Positions 35,988-45,748 of a stretch of DNA of 64,000 nucleotides are shown piece by piece. A program made the position numbers and the translations under genes. This DNA is from Deltaproteobacteria bacterium (GTDB lineage: Bacteria > Myxococcota_A > UBA796 > SXON01): positions 3,990 through 67,989 of the forward strand of contig BJHF01000018.1 of assembly GCA_014191855.1 (NCBI GenBank), read 5' to 3'. The first letter of the stretch is position 1. Every line of letters begins with the position of its first letter. The notes below the pieces were generated by a model that worked only from the letters and a program-made list of their open reading frames with translations, had not been told where the DNA came from and searched no databases.

Positions 35988-36448
35988 CAGGAGCCCTCCG
36001 GCGCCAGGCTGGCGCACACGGCATCCACCACCTTCTGGTAGCCCGTACAGCGACACAGGTTCCCGGCGAGGGCCACCCGCGCTTCTTCCCTGGAGGGATG
36101 TGGGTTTCGCTCCAAGAGCGCCGCTGCGCTCATGCACAACCCAGGCGTACAGATGCCGCACTGCGCGCCGCCATGCTGCAGCATCGCCGTTTGCACCGGG
36201 TGTACCACCGAGGCACCCAGCCCCTCGATGGTCACGATCGAGGCGCCGTCTACCTGACAGACGGGCACGAGGCAGCTCATCACGGCCTCGCCGTCGATGC
36301 GCACAGTGCACGCACCACACTCGCCTTCGCCGCAGCCCTCCTTGCTTCCCGTGAGCCGCAGCTCCTCGCGGAGCACATCCAACAGGCGCGACATCGGCGG
36401 TACGTCCACCTCGACGGCGCGGCCGTTGCAGCGGAATCGTACGTTCAT
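35987..36448 (-). CDS. [2Fe-2S] subunit, xanthine dehydrogenase family
   Basis: GCGEGECGAC, QCGIC and CRCTGY motifs. Confidence 0.93.
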   Translation of the reverse strand: MNVRFRCNGRAVEVDVPPMSRLLDVLREELRLTGSKEGCGEGECGACTVRIDGEAVMSCLVPVCQVDGASIVTIEGLGASVVHPVQTAMLQHGGAQCGICTPGLCMSAAALLERNPHPSREEARVALAGNLCRCTGYQKVVDAVCASLAPEGS

Positions 36449-38625
36449 CGGATCTCCATCGCGGCGAGCACCCGCTCGGGGGTCATCGGCAAGCTGTCCA
36501 ACCGCGCGCCGACTGCGCGCTCAATCGCCTGGGCCACGGCAGCAGCGGGCGCGTCCATCGGGATCTCGCCGATCCCTTTGGCCCCGAAGGGTCCACCTGC
36601 GAAGGGGATCTCCACGAGCGCCGTCACAAACTCCGGCGCATCGAGCGCCGTCGGAATGATGTAGTTCGTGAGCCGGTCGTTGCGCATGCAGCCGCGCGCG
36701 TCCAGCACCACCTCTTCGGCCGTCGCCCACCCCAGCGCCTGCAGCGTGCCGCCCTCGATTTGACCTTCTGCCAGAACCGGGGACAGGGCTTTGCCCACGT
36801 CCGTCGCCGTGACCACACGGTCGTAGATGACCTCGCCCGTGTCCACGTCCACCCGGAGATCCACGATCACGCAGGACCAACCGAAGGTCGGGTAGGCGTC
36901 CCCCTGGTAGGTCTCCGGGTCCCACACGACGCTCGCATCCACCTCGTAGGTTTCCTCTACTCGCAGGAGGCCCCGGTCGGCCGCGCGCCAACGCTGGAGC
37001 AAGCTGTCGAAGTCGCCCTCTCCATGCTCCTTGCGGAGACGCCCCAACAGTTGCTGCGCCGCCTTCTCGCACGTGCCCCCAACCACCATCGCCGTGCGGC
37101 TCGCAACGGTGGGTCCGGAGTCGGGAACGATGCCGGTGTCGTGCTCGGTGTTGAACACGCGGTCCATGGAGATCCCCAGGGTATCCGCCACGATCATCGG
37201 GAAGATGGTCTCGGTGCCCTGGCCGATGTCGGTGGACGAGCTGAGCACGGCTACCTCCGACCCGCGCACCTCCAACGCGACTTTCCCGCGGATCTTGGCC
37301 TCTCCGTTCCCGGTGAAGCCGCACCCATGCCACGCCATCGCGATCCCGCGGCCCTCTCGCAGCTCGGCGTTCTCCACGCCCGGCCGCACCGTCTTCCGAA
37401 CCACCGGCGCCGCAGCCGCCGCTTCGGCCGCTCGCAGCACCGCGAACGCCCCGGGATCCTGCAGCGCCTGGCCGGTCGCCGTAACGTCCCCCTCCCGGTA
37501 CAGGTTTCGCCAGCGCAGCTCCAGGGGGTCGATCCCCAGCTCGCGGGCGATGCGGTCCATGTGCCGCTCCATCGCCCACTGCGCCTGCGGGGCGCCAAAT
37601 CCACGAAACGCGCCGTTCGGCGGTGTATTCGTCGCCACAACCGTGCCTTCGAGGTCGAAGAACGGGCACCGATAGGGGCCACCGACATGCAGGATCGCGC
37701 GGCTCAGCACGACCGTGGAGAGCGTGTGGTACGCGCCCCCATCCATCCACAAGCGCGCATGAAGCTCTAGCAGCTCGCCTTCCGGCGACACGAGCGTGGC
37801 GAGATCGATGATCGCGGGGTGCCGCTTCGTCGTGGCGCGAAGATCCTCGCCTCGACCGTAGGTGATCTTCACCGGCCGCCCGGTTGCTTGCGCCAGGAGC
37901 ACCACGTGGCACGCGAGCATCGACGGATACTCTTCCTTGCCGCCAAAGCCGCCACCCGTGACGGCCTGCACGACGTTGAGCCGGTCGTGGCCCAACATCC
38001 GCTTCACCGCCCGATCGACGTAGTACGGGCACTGCATGGACCCGCGAACCGTGAAGCCGCCATCGGCCCGGGGCGACGCGATCATGCTCTGCGGCTCGAT
38101 GTAGAGCTGCTCCTGCAAGCCGGTGCGGTACCGCCCGCGGATCAGGTGGGACGTCGTGTCGGTGCGTACGCCGTGCTGGATGTGCAGCCGCTTGAACACG
38201 TTGTCGTCGCCATAGATGCGAACGTCGTGCCCCTCGGCCAGCAGCGGATCGAACAGCGACGGCAAGTCCTCGTAGGTGATCTTCACCGCGTTGGCGGCGG
38301 CCAGCGCCCGCTCACGGGTGGGCGCCGCCACCAGCGCGATGGGCTCGGTGACGTGCCGGGTGATGCCGTCGGCCAGGATCGGCTGGTCGTCCGTCATCAG
38401 GGTAACGATGTTCGGCCCCGGCAGATCCTTGGCGGTGACGACGGTGACATCGCTCCAATCGAACGCGGGATCTCGCTCGATGGAGAGGATCTTCGCGTGC
38501 GCCCGATCGCTGCGTACCGTTGCTCCGTACAGGAGACCGTCGGGACGAAAGTCGTCCGCATACAACGCGCGACCCGAGAGCTTCTCGAGCCCGTCGCGTC
38601 TCGGGGGGGAAGTGCCGATGGACAT
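36445..38625 (-). CDS. Molybdopterin-binding subunit, xanthine dehydrogenase family
   Basis: GGGFGGK, FRGFGAPQ, DIGQG, TVASRT, EGQIEGG and GAKGIGE motifs. Confidence 0.93.
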   Translation of the reverse strand: MSIGTSPPRRDGLEKLSGRALYADDFRPDGLLYGATVRSDRAHAKILSIERDPAFDWSDVTVVTAKDLPGPNIVTLMTDDQPILADGITRHVTEPIALVAAPTRERALAAANAVKITYEDLPSLFDPLLAEGHDVRIYGDDNVFKRLHIQHGVRTDTTSHLIRGRYRTGLQEQLYIEPQSMIASPRADGGFTVRGSMQCPYYVDRAVKRMLGHDRLNVVQAVTGGGFGGKEEYPSMLACHVVLLAQATGRPVKITYGRGEDLRATTKRHPAIIDLATLVSPEGELLELHARLWMDGGAYHTLSTVVLSRAILHVGGPYRCPFFDLEGTVVATNTPPNGAFRGFGAPQAQWAMERHMDRIARELGIDPLELRWRNLYREGDVTATGQALQDPGAFAVLRAAEAAAAAPVVRKTVRPGVENAELREGRGIAMAWHGCGFTGNGEAKIRGKVALEVRGSEVAVLSSSTDIGQGTETIFPMIVADTLGISMDRVFNTEHDTGIVPDSGPTVASRTAMVVGGTCEKAAQQLLGRLRKEHGEGDFDSLLQRWRAADRGLLRVEETYEVDASVVWDPETYQGDAYPTFGWSCVIVDLRVDVDTGEVIYDRVVTATDVGKALSPVLAEGQIEGGTLQALGWATAEEVVLDARGCMRNDRLTNYIIPTALDAPEFVTALVEIPFAGGPFGAKGIGEIPMDAPAAAVAQAIERAVGARLDSLPMTPERVLAAMEIR

Positions 38626-38678
38626 CGGGCCGCAGACTATCACGCCGCGCCGGCGGAGCGACGGTTAGCCCCCGCGGC

Positions 38679-39212
38679 ATGCCCGACCCGATCGCCGTAC
38701 ACCGAGAGCTGTTGGAGTCGTGGCGCAAGGTGATGGACCTGGTCGGGCCCGGGCCGGTGGAGGAGCACTTCGTGGATGCGGAGGGCGCCGTCGCGGGCCT
38801 GAACGCGAAAGGCGCCTGGGTAGACCTGGGTTCGGGCGCAGGATTCCCGGGGATCATGCTCGCGGCGCGGTGGCCGGAGTCGCAGGTGACGCTCGTGGAA
38901 CGCAGGCAGAAGCGGGTGGCGTTCCTGGAGGAAGTGCTCGCCCGATCAGGGCTTCAGAACGCCCGGGTGTTCGCGGGCGACGTCGCCACGCTGGAGCGAG
39001 GCATCTGGCGAGGGGTAATCAGCCGCGCATACAAGCCTCCTCCGGCCTTTCTCGCCGACGCCCTGGAGCTGCTCGGAGAGGGCGGGATGGCCGTTGCGCT
39101 CACCGCCGACGAGGTCCCCGCGCCGCCTCCGGGGCTCTCCGTGTTCCACGTGGAACGTTATTCTGTCGAAAAGAAGCCACGCGCATCTATCCGCTATCTA
39201 CGCCGGCAGTAG
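38679..39212 (+). CDS. rsmG: 16S rRNA m7G527 methyltransferase (GidB)
   Basis: DLGSGAGFPG, LVE..QKRVAFL and ISRA motifs; position upstream of parAB. Confidence 0.88.
   Translation: MPDPIAVHRELLESWRKVMDLVGPGPVEEHFVDAEGAVAGLNAKGAWVDLGSGAGFPGIMLAARWPESQVTLVERRQKRVAFLEEVLARSGLQNARVFAGDVATLERGIWRGVISRAYKPPPAFLADALELLGEGGMAVALTADEVPAPPPGLSVFHVERYSVEKKPRASIRYLRRQ
39142..39157. promoter_or_regulatory. parS centromere site
   Basis: TGTTCCACGTGGAACG, a 15/16 match to the TGTTCCACGTGGAACA palindrome, inside the 3' end of rsmG just upstream of parA. Confidence 0.88.
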
Positions 39213-39357
39213 CATCCCTTGACGCGTCCATGGATAGCGTCGTCCACGTGCAGAGGTGTCGCCGCCAAGGCCGCTTTGCGCTATGCTGGGTGTCCCTCCG
39301 CTCTACGGTCGGGTGCTCCCCGCACCGCTGACTCCGAGCCCGCTCCCCGGAACTGAA

Positions 39358-40152
39358 ATGCCCCGCATCATCGCGATCTCGAACCAGAAGGGCGGCGTCG
39401 GCAAGACGACCACCTCCATCAACCTCGCCACGGCGCTGGCCCGCGCGGGACACCCGACGCTGCTCATCGATCTCGACCCGCAGGGCAACGCGTCGAGCGG
39501 CCTCGGCTGCCCGCGGGACACGGTGGCGTTCGGCATCGCGGACGCGCTGCTTGGGCTTGAGCCGCTCGGCCGCGTCATCGTCCCCACCGCCCAGCCGGGA
39601 CTCGATCTCGCGCCGGCCACCCCGAGCCTCGTCGGCGTGGAAGTGGAGCTGGTGAACCTGCCAAACCGCGAGCAGCGCCTCCACCTCGCCATCGCCGGTC
39701 TCGAGAAGAAATATCAGTTCGTGATCTTCGACTGCCCCCCCTCGTTGAGCCTCATCACGCTCAACGCATTCACGTCGGCCGACAGCGTGTTGATCCCGCT
39801 CCAGGCCGAGTACTACGCGATGGAGGGACTTGGTGAGCTGATCCGCACCATTGCCGCCGTACGTCGCAGCAGCAACCCCCGGCTCGTTCGCGAAGGCATC
39901 GTGCTCACGATGCACGACACCCGCACCAACCTTTGCCGCGACGTGGAAGCGCAGGCCCGCGCCGTGTTCGGCACCGAAGTGTTCCAAACGGTCATCCCGC
40001 GCTCCGTGCGCCTCGCCGAGTCGCCGAGCTACGGCAAAAGCATCTTCCACTACGAGCCGAGCGGGCGCGGCGCCCAGGCCTACGCGGCGCTGGCAACCGA
40101 GCTGGTGGCCCGCGCGGTTTCGGCGGGCGGGCTGCTCGAAGCGGTCGGCTGA
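39358..40152 (+). CDS. parA: Chromosome partitioning ATPase ParA/Soj
   Basis: NQKGGVGKTTT, IDLDPQGNAS, DCPPSL, QAEYYAMEG and RLAESPSYG motifs. Confidence 0.96.
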   Translation: MPRIIAISNQKGGVGKTTTSINLATALARAGHPTLLIDLDPQGNASSGLGCPRDTVAFGIADALLGLEPLGRVIVPTAQPGLDLAPATPSLVGVEVELVNLPNREQRLHLAIAGLEKKYQFVIFDCPPSLSLITLNAFTSADSVLIPLQAEYYAMEGLGELIRTIAAVRRSSNPRLVREGIVLTMHDTRTNLCRDVEAQARAVFGTEVFQTVIPRSVRLAESPSYGKSIFHYEPSGRGAQAYAALATELVARAVSAGGLLEAVG

Positions 40153-41024
40153 TGTCTACGCCCAACCGCCTCGCCCTCGGGCGCGGGCTCGCAGCGCTTC
40201 TTCAGCACGATCTCACCGACTCGGCCCCCAACGCCACGCCCGCGGATTCGTTGCAGCGAATCCCGGTGGACCGGATCCGCCCCAACCCGCACCAGCCGCG
40301 CCAGCGCTTCGACGCGGCCCAGCTCGCCGAGCTGGCGTCATCGATCAAGGAGCATGGCGTCATCATGCCGATCGTGGTCCGGAGGGACAACGATGGGTGG
40401 GTGCTGGTGGCCGGCGAGCGGCGCCTTCGTGCCTCCAAGCTGGCTGGGATCGCGGAGATCCCCGCCGTTGTGCGCGGCTCCGACCTCGCGGTGGACGCTC
40501 AGTTGGTCCTCGCCCTGTTGGAGAACCTCCAGCGGGCCGACCTCGACCCCATCGAAGCCGCCGAGGGCTACCAGCGCCTGGTACAGGAATTCGGGCTGCG
40601 CCAGGAAGACGTAGCCAAGAAGATCGGCAAGGACCGGGCAACGGTGGCGAACGCGCTCCGATTGCTCCGCCTGCCGCCAGAGGGTCGAGACGCCGTGATC
40701 GCCGGCACGATTACTGCGGGCCACGCTCGGGCGCTGCTTGCGTTGGGAGACACCCCCGAGCGCTTCCTCCAGGCGCTCAAGATCATCATCGAGCGCCAGC
40801 TCAACGTCCGCGCCACAGAATCGCTCGTGCGACAAATGTTGGCCCCGCCCGAGGAGAAGCCGCGGCCCGACAAGGGGCTCGACCGGCTCGGAAAGGAGCT
40901 CACGCGCGCAGTGGGCACCAAGGTGCGCATCACCACGCGTCGCGATGGCGGAGGGCGCATCGTGCTCGATTACGGCAGCGCAGGCGAACTCGAAGGGCTG
41001 GTTACCCGCCTGCGGGGCGCGTAG
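40152..41024 (+). CDS. parB: Chromosome partitioning protein ParB
   Basis: LGRGL N-terminal peptide, NPHQPR, AGERRLRA and ENLQRADLDPIEAA motifs. Confidence 0.96.
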   Translation: MSTPNRLALGRGLAALLQHDLTDSAPNATPADSLQRIPVDRIRPNPHQPRQRFDAAQLAELASSIKEHGVIMPIVVRRDNDGWVLVAGERRLRASKLAGIAEIPAVVRGSDLAVDAQLVLALLENLQRADLDPIEAAEGYQRLVQEFGLRQEDVAKKIGKDRATVANALRLLRLPPEGRDAVIAGTITAGHARALLALGDTPERFLQALKIIIERQLNVRATESLVRQMLAPPEEKPRPDKGLDRLGKELTRAVGTKVRITTRRDGGGRIVLDYGSAGELEGLVTRLRGA

Positions 41025-41359
41025 TGGCCGACAAGGAGCTCCCGCTCGCCGCCCTGCTCGGCAAGGGCGCGCGGTACAGCGGGGAGATGAGCTTCGACGG
41101 GCGGGTTCGCGTCGATGGCACCTTCACCGGCCGCATCTTCACGGAGGATGTGTTGGAGATCGGCGAGAGCGGCGTGGTGGACGGCCAGATCGACGCCGCC
41201 ACGCTGGTGGTTGCGGGCGTGGCGAGCGGGGACGTGCGCGCCCGGGACCGGCTGATCCTCCAGCCCACGGGGCGCCTCAAGGGCAAGGTGGATGCGCTGG
41301 TTCTGGAGGTTCGACCGGGCGGCCGAATCGACGCTCACGTGCGTTGCGGGGAGCCCTGA
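41024..41359 (+). CDS. Bactofilin (polymer-forming cytoskeletal protein)
   Basis: GTG overlapping the parB stop; beta-helix repeats LLGKGARYSGEMSFDGRVRVDGTFTG. Confidence 0.88.
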   Translation: MADKELPLAALLGKGARYSGEMSFDGRVRVDGTFTGRIFTEDVLEIGESGVVDGQIDAATLVVAGVASGDVRARDRLILQPTGRLKGKVDALVLEVRPGGRIDAHVRCGEP

Positions 41360-41360
41360 G

Positions 41361-41951
41361 ATGCGGCCGATCCTGGTGGGGGTCGCGGGGGGCACCGCGT
41401 CGGGAAAAACGACAATCTGCCGCCTGGCCGGCGCCGAGCTTGGGGCAACGGTGCTGACGCACGACCAGTATTATCGGGATGTGCCCACGCCCAGAAATCA
41501 TGACTTCGATATCCCCGAGGCGTTGGACACGGCGTTGTTACTTTCTCATTTGGGTGCCCTCCGGGCGGGGGAAGCAATCGAGGCGCCCGTCTACGATTTT
41601 CGTACGCACACCCGCTCGGCGCAGATCCAACGCATCGAGCCCGGCGGCATCGTGATCGTGGAAGGCATCCTCGTGCTCGCGGACTTTATGCTCCGCGAAG
41701 CCTTCGACTTCACGGTGTTCGTGCACGCCGACGACGACGTTCGCTTGGGACGGCGCATCCGACGCGACACGGCCGAGCGCGGCCGCACCTGGGACGACGT
41801 GCTTCGACAGTGGTTCCAGAGCGTTCGCCCAGCGCACAAGCGCTATGTGGCGCCGTGTCGTGACCTTGCGCACCTGGTGTTGGATGGGGAGGGCGCGCTA
41901 GAGGGCGAGGTGGCGCGGTTGGTGGCAGGGGTGCGCGGGGCGGCGGGGTAG
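41361..41951 (+). CDS. udk: Uridine kinase
   Basis: GVAGGTASGKTT, DQYY, FDIP, YDFRTH, IVEGIL and RRIRRD..ERGR motifs. Confidence 0.9.
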   Translation: MRPILVGVAGGTASGKTTICRLAGAELGATVLTHDQYYRDVPTPRNHDFDIPEALDTALLLSHLGALRAGEAIEAPVYDFRTHTRSAQIQRIEPGGIVIVEGILVLADFMLREAFDFTVFVHADDDVRLGRRIRRDTAERGRTWDDVLRQWFQSVRPAHKRYVAPCRDLAHLVLDGEGALEGEVARLVAGVRGAAG

Positions 41952-42053
41952 GGCGTTCACCGAGACGGAAGTGAGGGTTCGGGGCGGCTGAATTCGAGGA
42001 GCGCGCCGAGTTGGCGCGCGGCGTGGAGGATGAGGTTCGAATCTGGGTAGGCC

Positions 42054-42209
42054 GAGGAACACGAAGGGCTTCACCAGTTCCCCGAGGTCTCCCGGGCTGA
42101 ACAGGCGCGTGATACCGCCGTGGGAGCGGCCGGCAGTGCGGGACAGGATCCGCCGACCTACGCTTCGGTCGAGCGGCGTCTGGAGGGAGGCGTGGAGCGA
42201 GGTGGACAT
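42054..42209 (-). pseudogene. N-terminal fragment of a pirin-family gene
   Basis: RTAGRSHGGITRLFSPGDLGELVKPFVFL resembles the pirin N-terminus; the frame then degrades into unrelated Pro/Arg-rich sequence before the metal-binding His motifs. Confidence 0.6.
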
Positions 42210-42482
42210 GTACGTACTCCGGTTGGGTGAGGGATCTCGTCGCGGGGTTGTCGGGACGGCTGGACCCTACGTCGCCGCCAACGCATCCTCCAACACCGAG
42301 CCGTCCGCCCGGTCCTCCGCCAGCCGGTCGAGCCACCAGGCTCTATGACCATCAAGTCCACCCGACCACCGATGGAACACCCCTTTTTCGGCAACGAAGC
42401 GCGGGCGTGATTTCGTGTGCCCGCGATCGGCGAGTCCCTCGCGCCGCGATAGTCTCACCGCCACGACCCCGAGGCCCCGAAC

Positions 42483-42710
42483 ATGCACATACCTCAGTGG
42501 ATTCGACAGCTTCACCGATGGGTGTGCATCGCCTTCACCGTCACCGTGATCGCCAACTTCGTGGCCATGGCCCTCGCCCCGGGGGAGCTGCCGCCGCCCT
42601 GGATCACCTATTCGCCGCTGCCCTTCCTCTTCCTGCTGCTGTTCAGCGGGCTCTACCTCTTCGTGCTGCCCTATACCGCCGCCGGGCGCAGCAACGGACC
42701 GGCGCAATAG
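42483..42710 (+). CDS. Small two-helix membrane protein
   Basis: WIRQLHRWVCIAFT...LLLFSGLYLFVLPY, resembling PepSY-associated TM helices. Confidence 0.75.
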   Translation: MHIPQWIRQLHRWVCIAFTVTVIANFVAMALAPGELPPPWITYSPLPFLFLLLFSGLYLFVLPYTAAGRSNGPAQ

Positions 42711-42741
42711 CAGCTTCGGCCTTCAACGAGCAAACCCGACC

Positions 42742-45111
42742 ATGCCCCCCCCGAAGCCGCACCCCGCCGATCGCCACGACCTCATCCGCGTGCAGGGCGC
42801 GCGGGAGAACAACCTCAAAGACATCAGCGTCGAGATTCCGAAACGGCGGCTGACGGTGTTCACTGGCGTGTCCGGGTCGGGAAAATCGTCCCTGGTGTTC
42901 GGCACGATCGCGGCTGAATCCCAGCGGATGATCAACGAGACCTACAGCACGTTCGTGCAGGGGTTCATGCCAACGCTGGGGCGGCCCGACGTGGATGTGC
43001 TCGACGGGTTGACCACCGCGATCATCGTCGATCAGGAGCGGATGGGTGTCAACTCGCGCTCGACGGTGGGCACGGCGACAGATGCCAACGCGATGCTCCG
43101 CATCCTCTTCAGCCGCCTCGGCCAGCCGCACATCGGGTCGCCCAACGCGTTCTCGTTCAACGTGGCTTCGGTGCGGGGCTCGGGGCACGTGTCCATCGAG
43201 AAGGGAGGAGGGCGGAAAACCGAGGGGCGTTCGTTCGAGATCCTGGGCGGCATGTGCCCGAAGTGCGAGGGGATGGGCCAGGCGAACGACATTGACCTCA
43301 CCCAACTCTACGACGAAAACAAGTCGCTGAACGAGAGCGCGATCACGATCCCGGGCTACAGCATGGACGGGTGGTACGGCCGCATCTTTCGCGGCTGTGG
43401 GTATTTTGACCCGGACAAGCCCATCCGCAAGTACAGCAGGAAAGAACTGGACGACCTGCTGCACAAGGAGCCCACGAAGATCAAGGTTGACGGGATCAAC
43501 CTGACGTACACGGGGCTCATCCCACAGATGCAGAAGACGTTCTTGTCCAAGGACGTCGAGGCGATGCAGCCGCACATCCGTGCGTTCGTGGAGCGCGCCG
43601 TCACGTTCCAGACCTGCCCCGAGTGCGGCGGCAGTCGCCTCAACGCCGCCGCCCGCTCGTCGAAGATCAACGGCGTCAACATCGCCGACGCCTGCGCCAT
43701 GCAGATCAGCGCGCTCTCCGCCTGGATGCGTGGGTTGGACGAGCCCGCGGTTGCCCCCCTCTTGGCATCCCTACGACACACACTGGACTCCTTCGTGGAG
43801 ATCGGGCTCGGCTACCTCAGCCTCGATCGGACGGCGGGCACGCTCTCGGGCGGAGAGGCCCAGCGAACCAAGATGATCCGCCACCTCGGGTCGTCGCTCA
43901 CCGACGTTACCTACGTGTTCGACGAGCCCACCATCGGGCTCCACCCCCACGACATCCAACGGATGAACGAGCTGCTGCTGCGGTTGCGCGACAAAGGCAA
44001 TACGGTGCTGGTAGTGGAACACAAGCCGGAGGTGATCGCGATCGCCGACCACGTGATCGACCTCGGCCCCGGCGCCGGCACCGCGGGCGGCGAGGTGGTT
44101 TTTGAGGGCACAGTGGCCGGGCTTCGGGCCAGCGACACGCTCACGGGTCGGCACCTTGACAAGCGGCGTACGCTGAAGACTTCGGTGCGGAAACCCTCGG
44201 GGCAGTTGAAGATTCGTGGGGCCCGGACCCACAACCTCAAGGACGTGAACGTAGACATCCCGCTCGGGGTGGTGGTGGTGGTGACAGGCGTGGCGGGATC
44301 CGGAAAAAGCTCGCTGATCCATGGCTCTGTGGCTGGACGCGACGGGGTGGTGACCATCGACCAGGGCGCAATCCAGGGCTCCCGGCGGAGCAACCCGGCG
44401 ACCTACACGGGGCTTTTGGAGCCGATCCGCAAAGCGTTCGCCAAGGCCAACGGGGTGAACGCCGCGTTGTTCAGCGCCAACTCCGAGGGCGCCTGCCCGG
44501 CGTGTAACGGGGCGGGGGTGATCTACACCGACCTTGGGATGATGGGCTCCGTTTCTACGACTTGCGAAGACTGCGAGGGCAAGCGCTTCCGTCCCGAGGT
44601 GCTCGAGTATCGGCTGGGTGGGCTCAACGTCGCGGAGGTGCTCAACCTGCACGTGGCGGAGGCGGTCCGCCACTTTGGTGAGGGCGGCGCGCGCACCCCC
44701 GCCGCCCTCGCCATCCTGCAGCGCCTGGCCGACGTGGGGCTCGGATATCTTCGGCTCGGTCAACCGCTTCCCACACTGTCAGGAGGCGAACGCCAGCGAC
44801 TCAAGCTCGCGACAAGCATGGGCGAGGCGGGCGGCGTGTACGTGCTGGACGAGCCGACCACGGGGTTACACCTCGCCGACCTGGAGCAGCTCCTCAAGCT
44901 GCTGGATCGCCTGGTTGACGGCGGGAAGTCCGTAATTGTGGTGGAGCACCACCAAGCCGTCATGGCGCATGCCGACTGGATCATCGACCTGGGTCCGGGG
45001 GCCGGCCAGGACGGCGGACAGGTGGTTTTTCAGGGGACGCCGGCGGAGCTGGTGGCCGCGCGGGCGACGCTCACTGGCGAGCATCTGGCGGCGTACGTCA
45101 GCCGAGGATGA
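42742..45111 (+). CDS. Short (class II, DrrC-like) UvrA-family ABC ATPase
   Basis: Two ABC cassettes (GVSGSGKSS/LSGGE; GVAGSGKSS/LSGGE) and zinc fingers. At 789 aa it is shorter than canonical UvrA. Confidence 0.9.
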   Translation: MPPPKPHPADRHDLIRVQGARENNLKDISVEIPKRRLTVFTGVSGSGKSSLVFGTIAAESQRMINETYSTFVQGFMPTLGRPDVDVLDGLTTAIIVDQERMGVNSRSTVGTATDANAMLRILFSRLGQPHIGSPNAFSFNVASVRGSGHVSIEKGGGRKTEGRSFEILGGMCPKCEGMGQANDIDLTQLYDENKSLNESAITIPGYSMDGWYGRIFRGCGYFDPDKPIRKYSRKELDDLLHKEPTKIKVDGINLTYTGLIPQMQKTFLSKDVEAMQPHIRAFVERAVTFQTCPECGGSRLNAAARSSKINGVNIADACAMQISALSAWMRGLDEPAVAPLLASLRHTLDSFVEIGLGYLSLDRTAGTLSGGEAQRTKMIRHLGSSLTDVTYVFDEPTIGLHPHDIQRMNELLLRLRDKGNTVLVVEHKPEVIAIADHVIDLGPGAGTAGGEVVFEGTVAGLRASDTLTGRHLDKRRTLKTSVRKPSGQLKIRGARTHNLKDVNVDIPLGVVVVVTGVAGSGKSSLIHGSVAGRDGVVTIDQGAIQGSRRSNPATYTGLLEPIRKAFAKANGVNAALFSANSEGACPACNGAGVIYTDLGMMGSVSTTCEDCEGKRFRPEVLEYRLGGLNVAEVLNLHVAEAVRHFGEGGARTPAALAILQRLADVGLGYLRLGQPLPTLSGGERQRLKLATSMGEAGGVYVLDEPTTGLHLADLEQLLKLLDRLVDGGKSVIVVEHHQAVMAHADWIIDLGPGAGQDGGQVVFQGTPAELVAARATLTGEHLAAYVSRG

Positions 45112-45748
45112 CCCGGACACACCCAACCCCATACTGCATCGAACGCCGGAACGAGATCGAACGCGTGGTCGTGTCGTACCGGGTGCCCACCGGGCGCTCC
45201 ACGAGCGAGGCACCGCGGCGGATCAGCGCGACCAGCACCTGCTGATCGAAGAGGAAGTCGTCCGAGAAGGAGTCGAGCGGGAGCGAGCGCAACGTCTCGG
45301 CGCGGAACGCTCGGGCACCGGAGTGGAGGTCGGTGAACGCACCGCCGAAGCGCAGGTTGGCCAATCCGGTGAGCGCACGGTTCCCGAAGCGCCGCCAGGA
45401 GGGGATCACGGAAGGGTCGGCGAGGAAGCGGCTGCCCAGCGCCGCCTCCACCCCACCGAGCTCCTCCGCCAACGCGAGCGTTGCCGGGGTATCGTACTGC
45501 CCATCGCCATGGAGCAGCACGATCCGCGACGCTCCTGCCGCAAGCGCCGCCGCATACCCCGACTTCTGCGCCCCGCCGTACCCCCGATTCTCTTCATGAC
45601 GCACGATACATGTATCACGGCGTATCGAATGTATCGGTTCGCGGCTGCCATCGTCCACGACGATGGCGAGCATCCCCGCCGGCAGCTCCGCCAACACACG
45701 ATGCAACGCATCCGGTGTATCCAGGGTGGGCAGCACGACTGCGATCAC
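45098..45748 (-). CDS. GT2 glycosyltransferase, polyprenol-phosphate glycosyltransferase (DPM1-like)
   Basis: IVDDGS, NRGYGGAQK, HGDGQY, GSRF and TDLHSGARAF motifs; GTG start overlapping the upstream TGA. Confidence 0.85.
   Translation of the reverse strand: MIAVVLPTLDTPDALHRVLAELPAGMLAIVVDDGSREPIHSIRRDTCIVRHEENRGYGGAQKSGYAAALAAGASRIVLLHGDGQYDTPATLALAEELGGVEAALGSRFLADPSVIPSWRRFGNRALTGLANLRFGGAFTDLHSGARAFRAETLRSLPLDSFSDDFLFDQQVLVALIRRGASLVERPVGTRYDTTTRSISFRRSMQYGVGCVRVILG

Noticed and set aside
42742-45111. Calling this gene canonical uvrA partnered with uvrC
   Set aside because: It is short, appears to lack the UvrB-binding region and resembles the class II/DrrC type.
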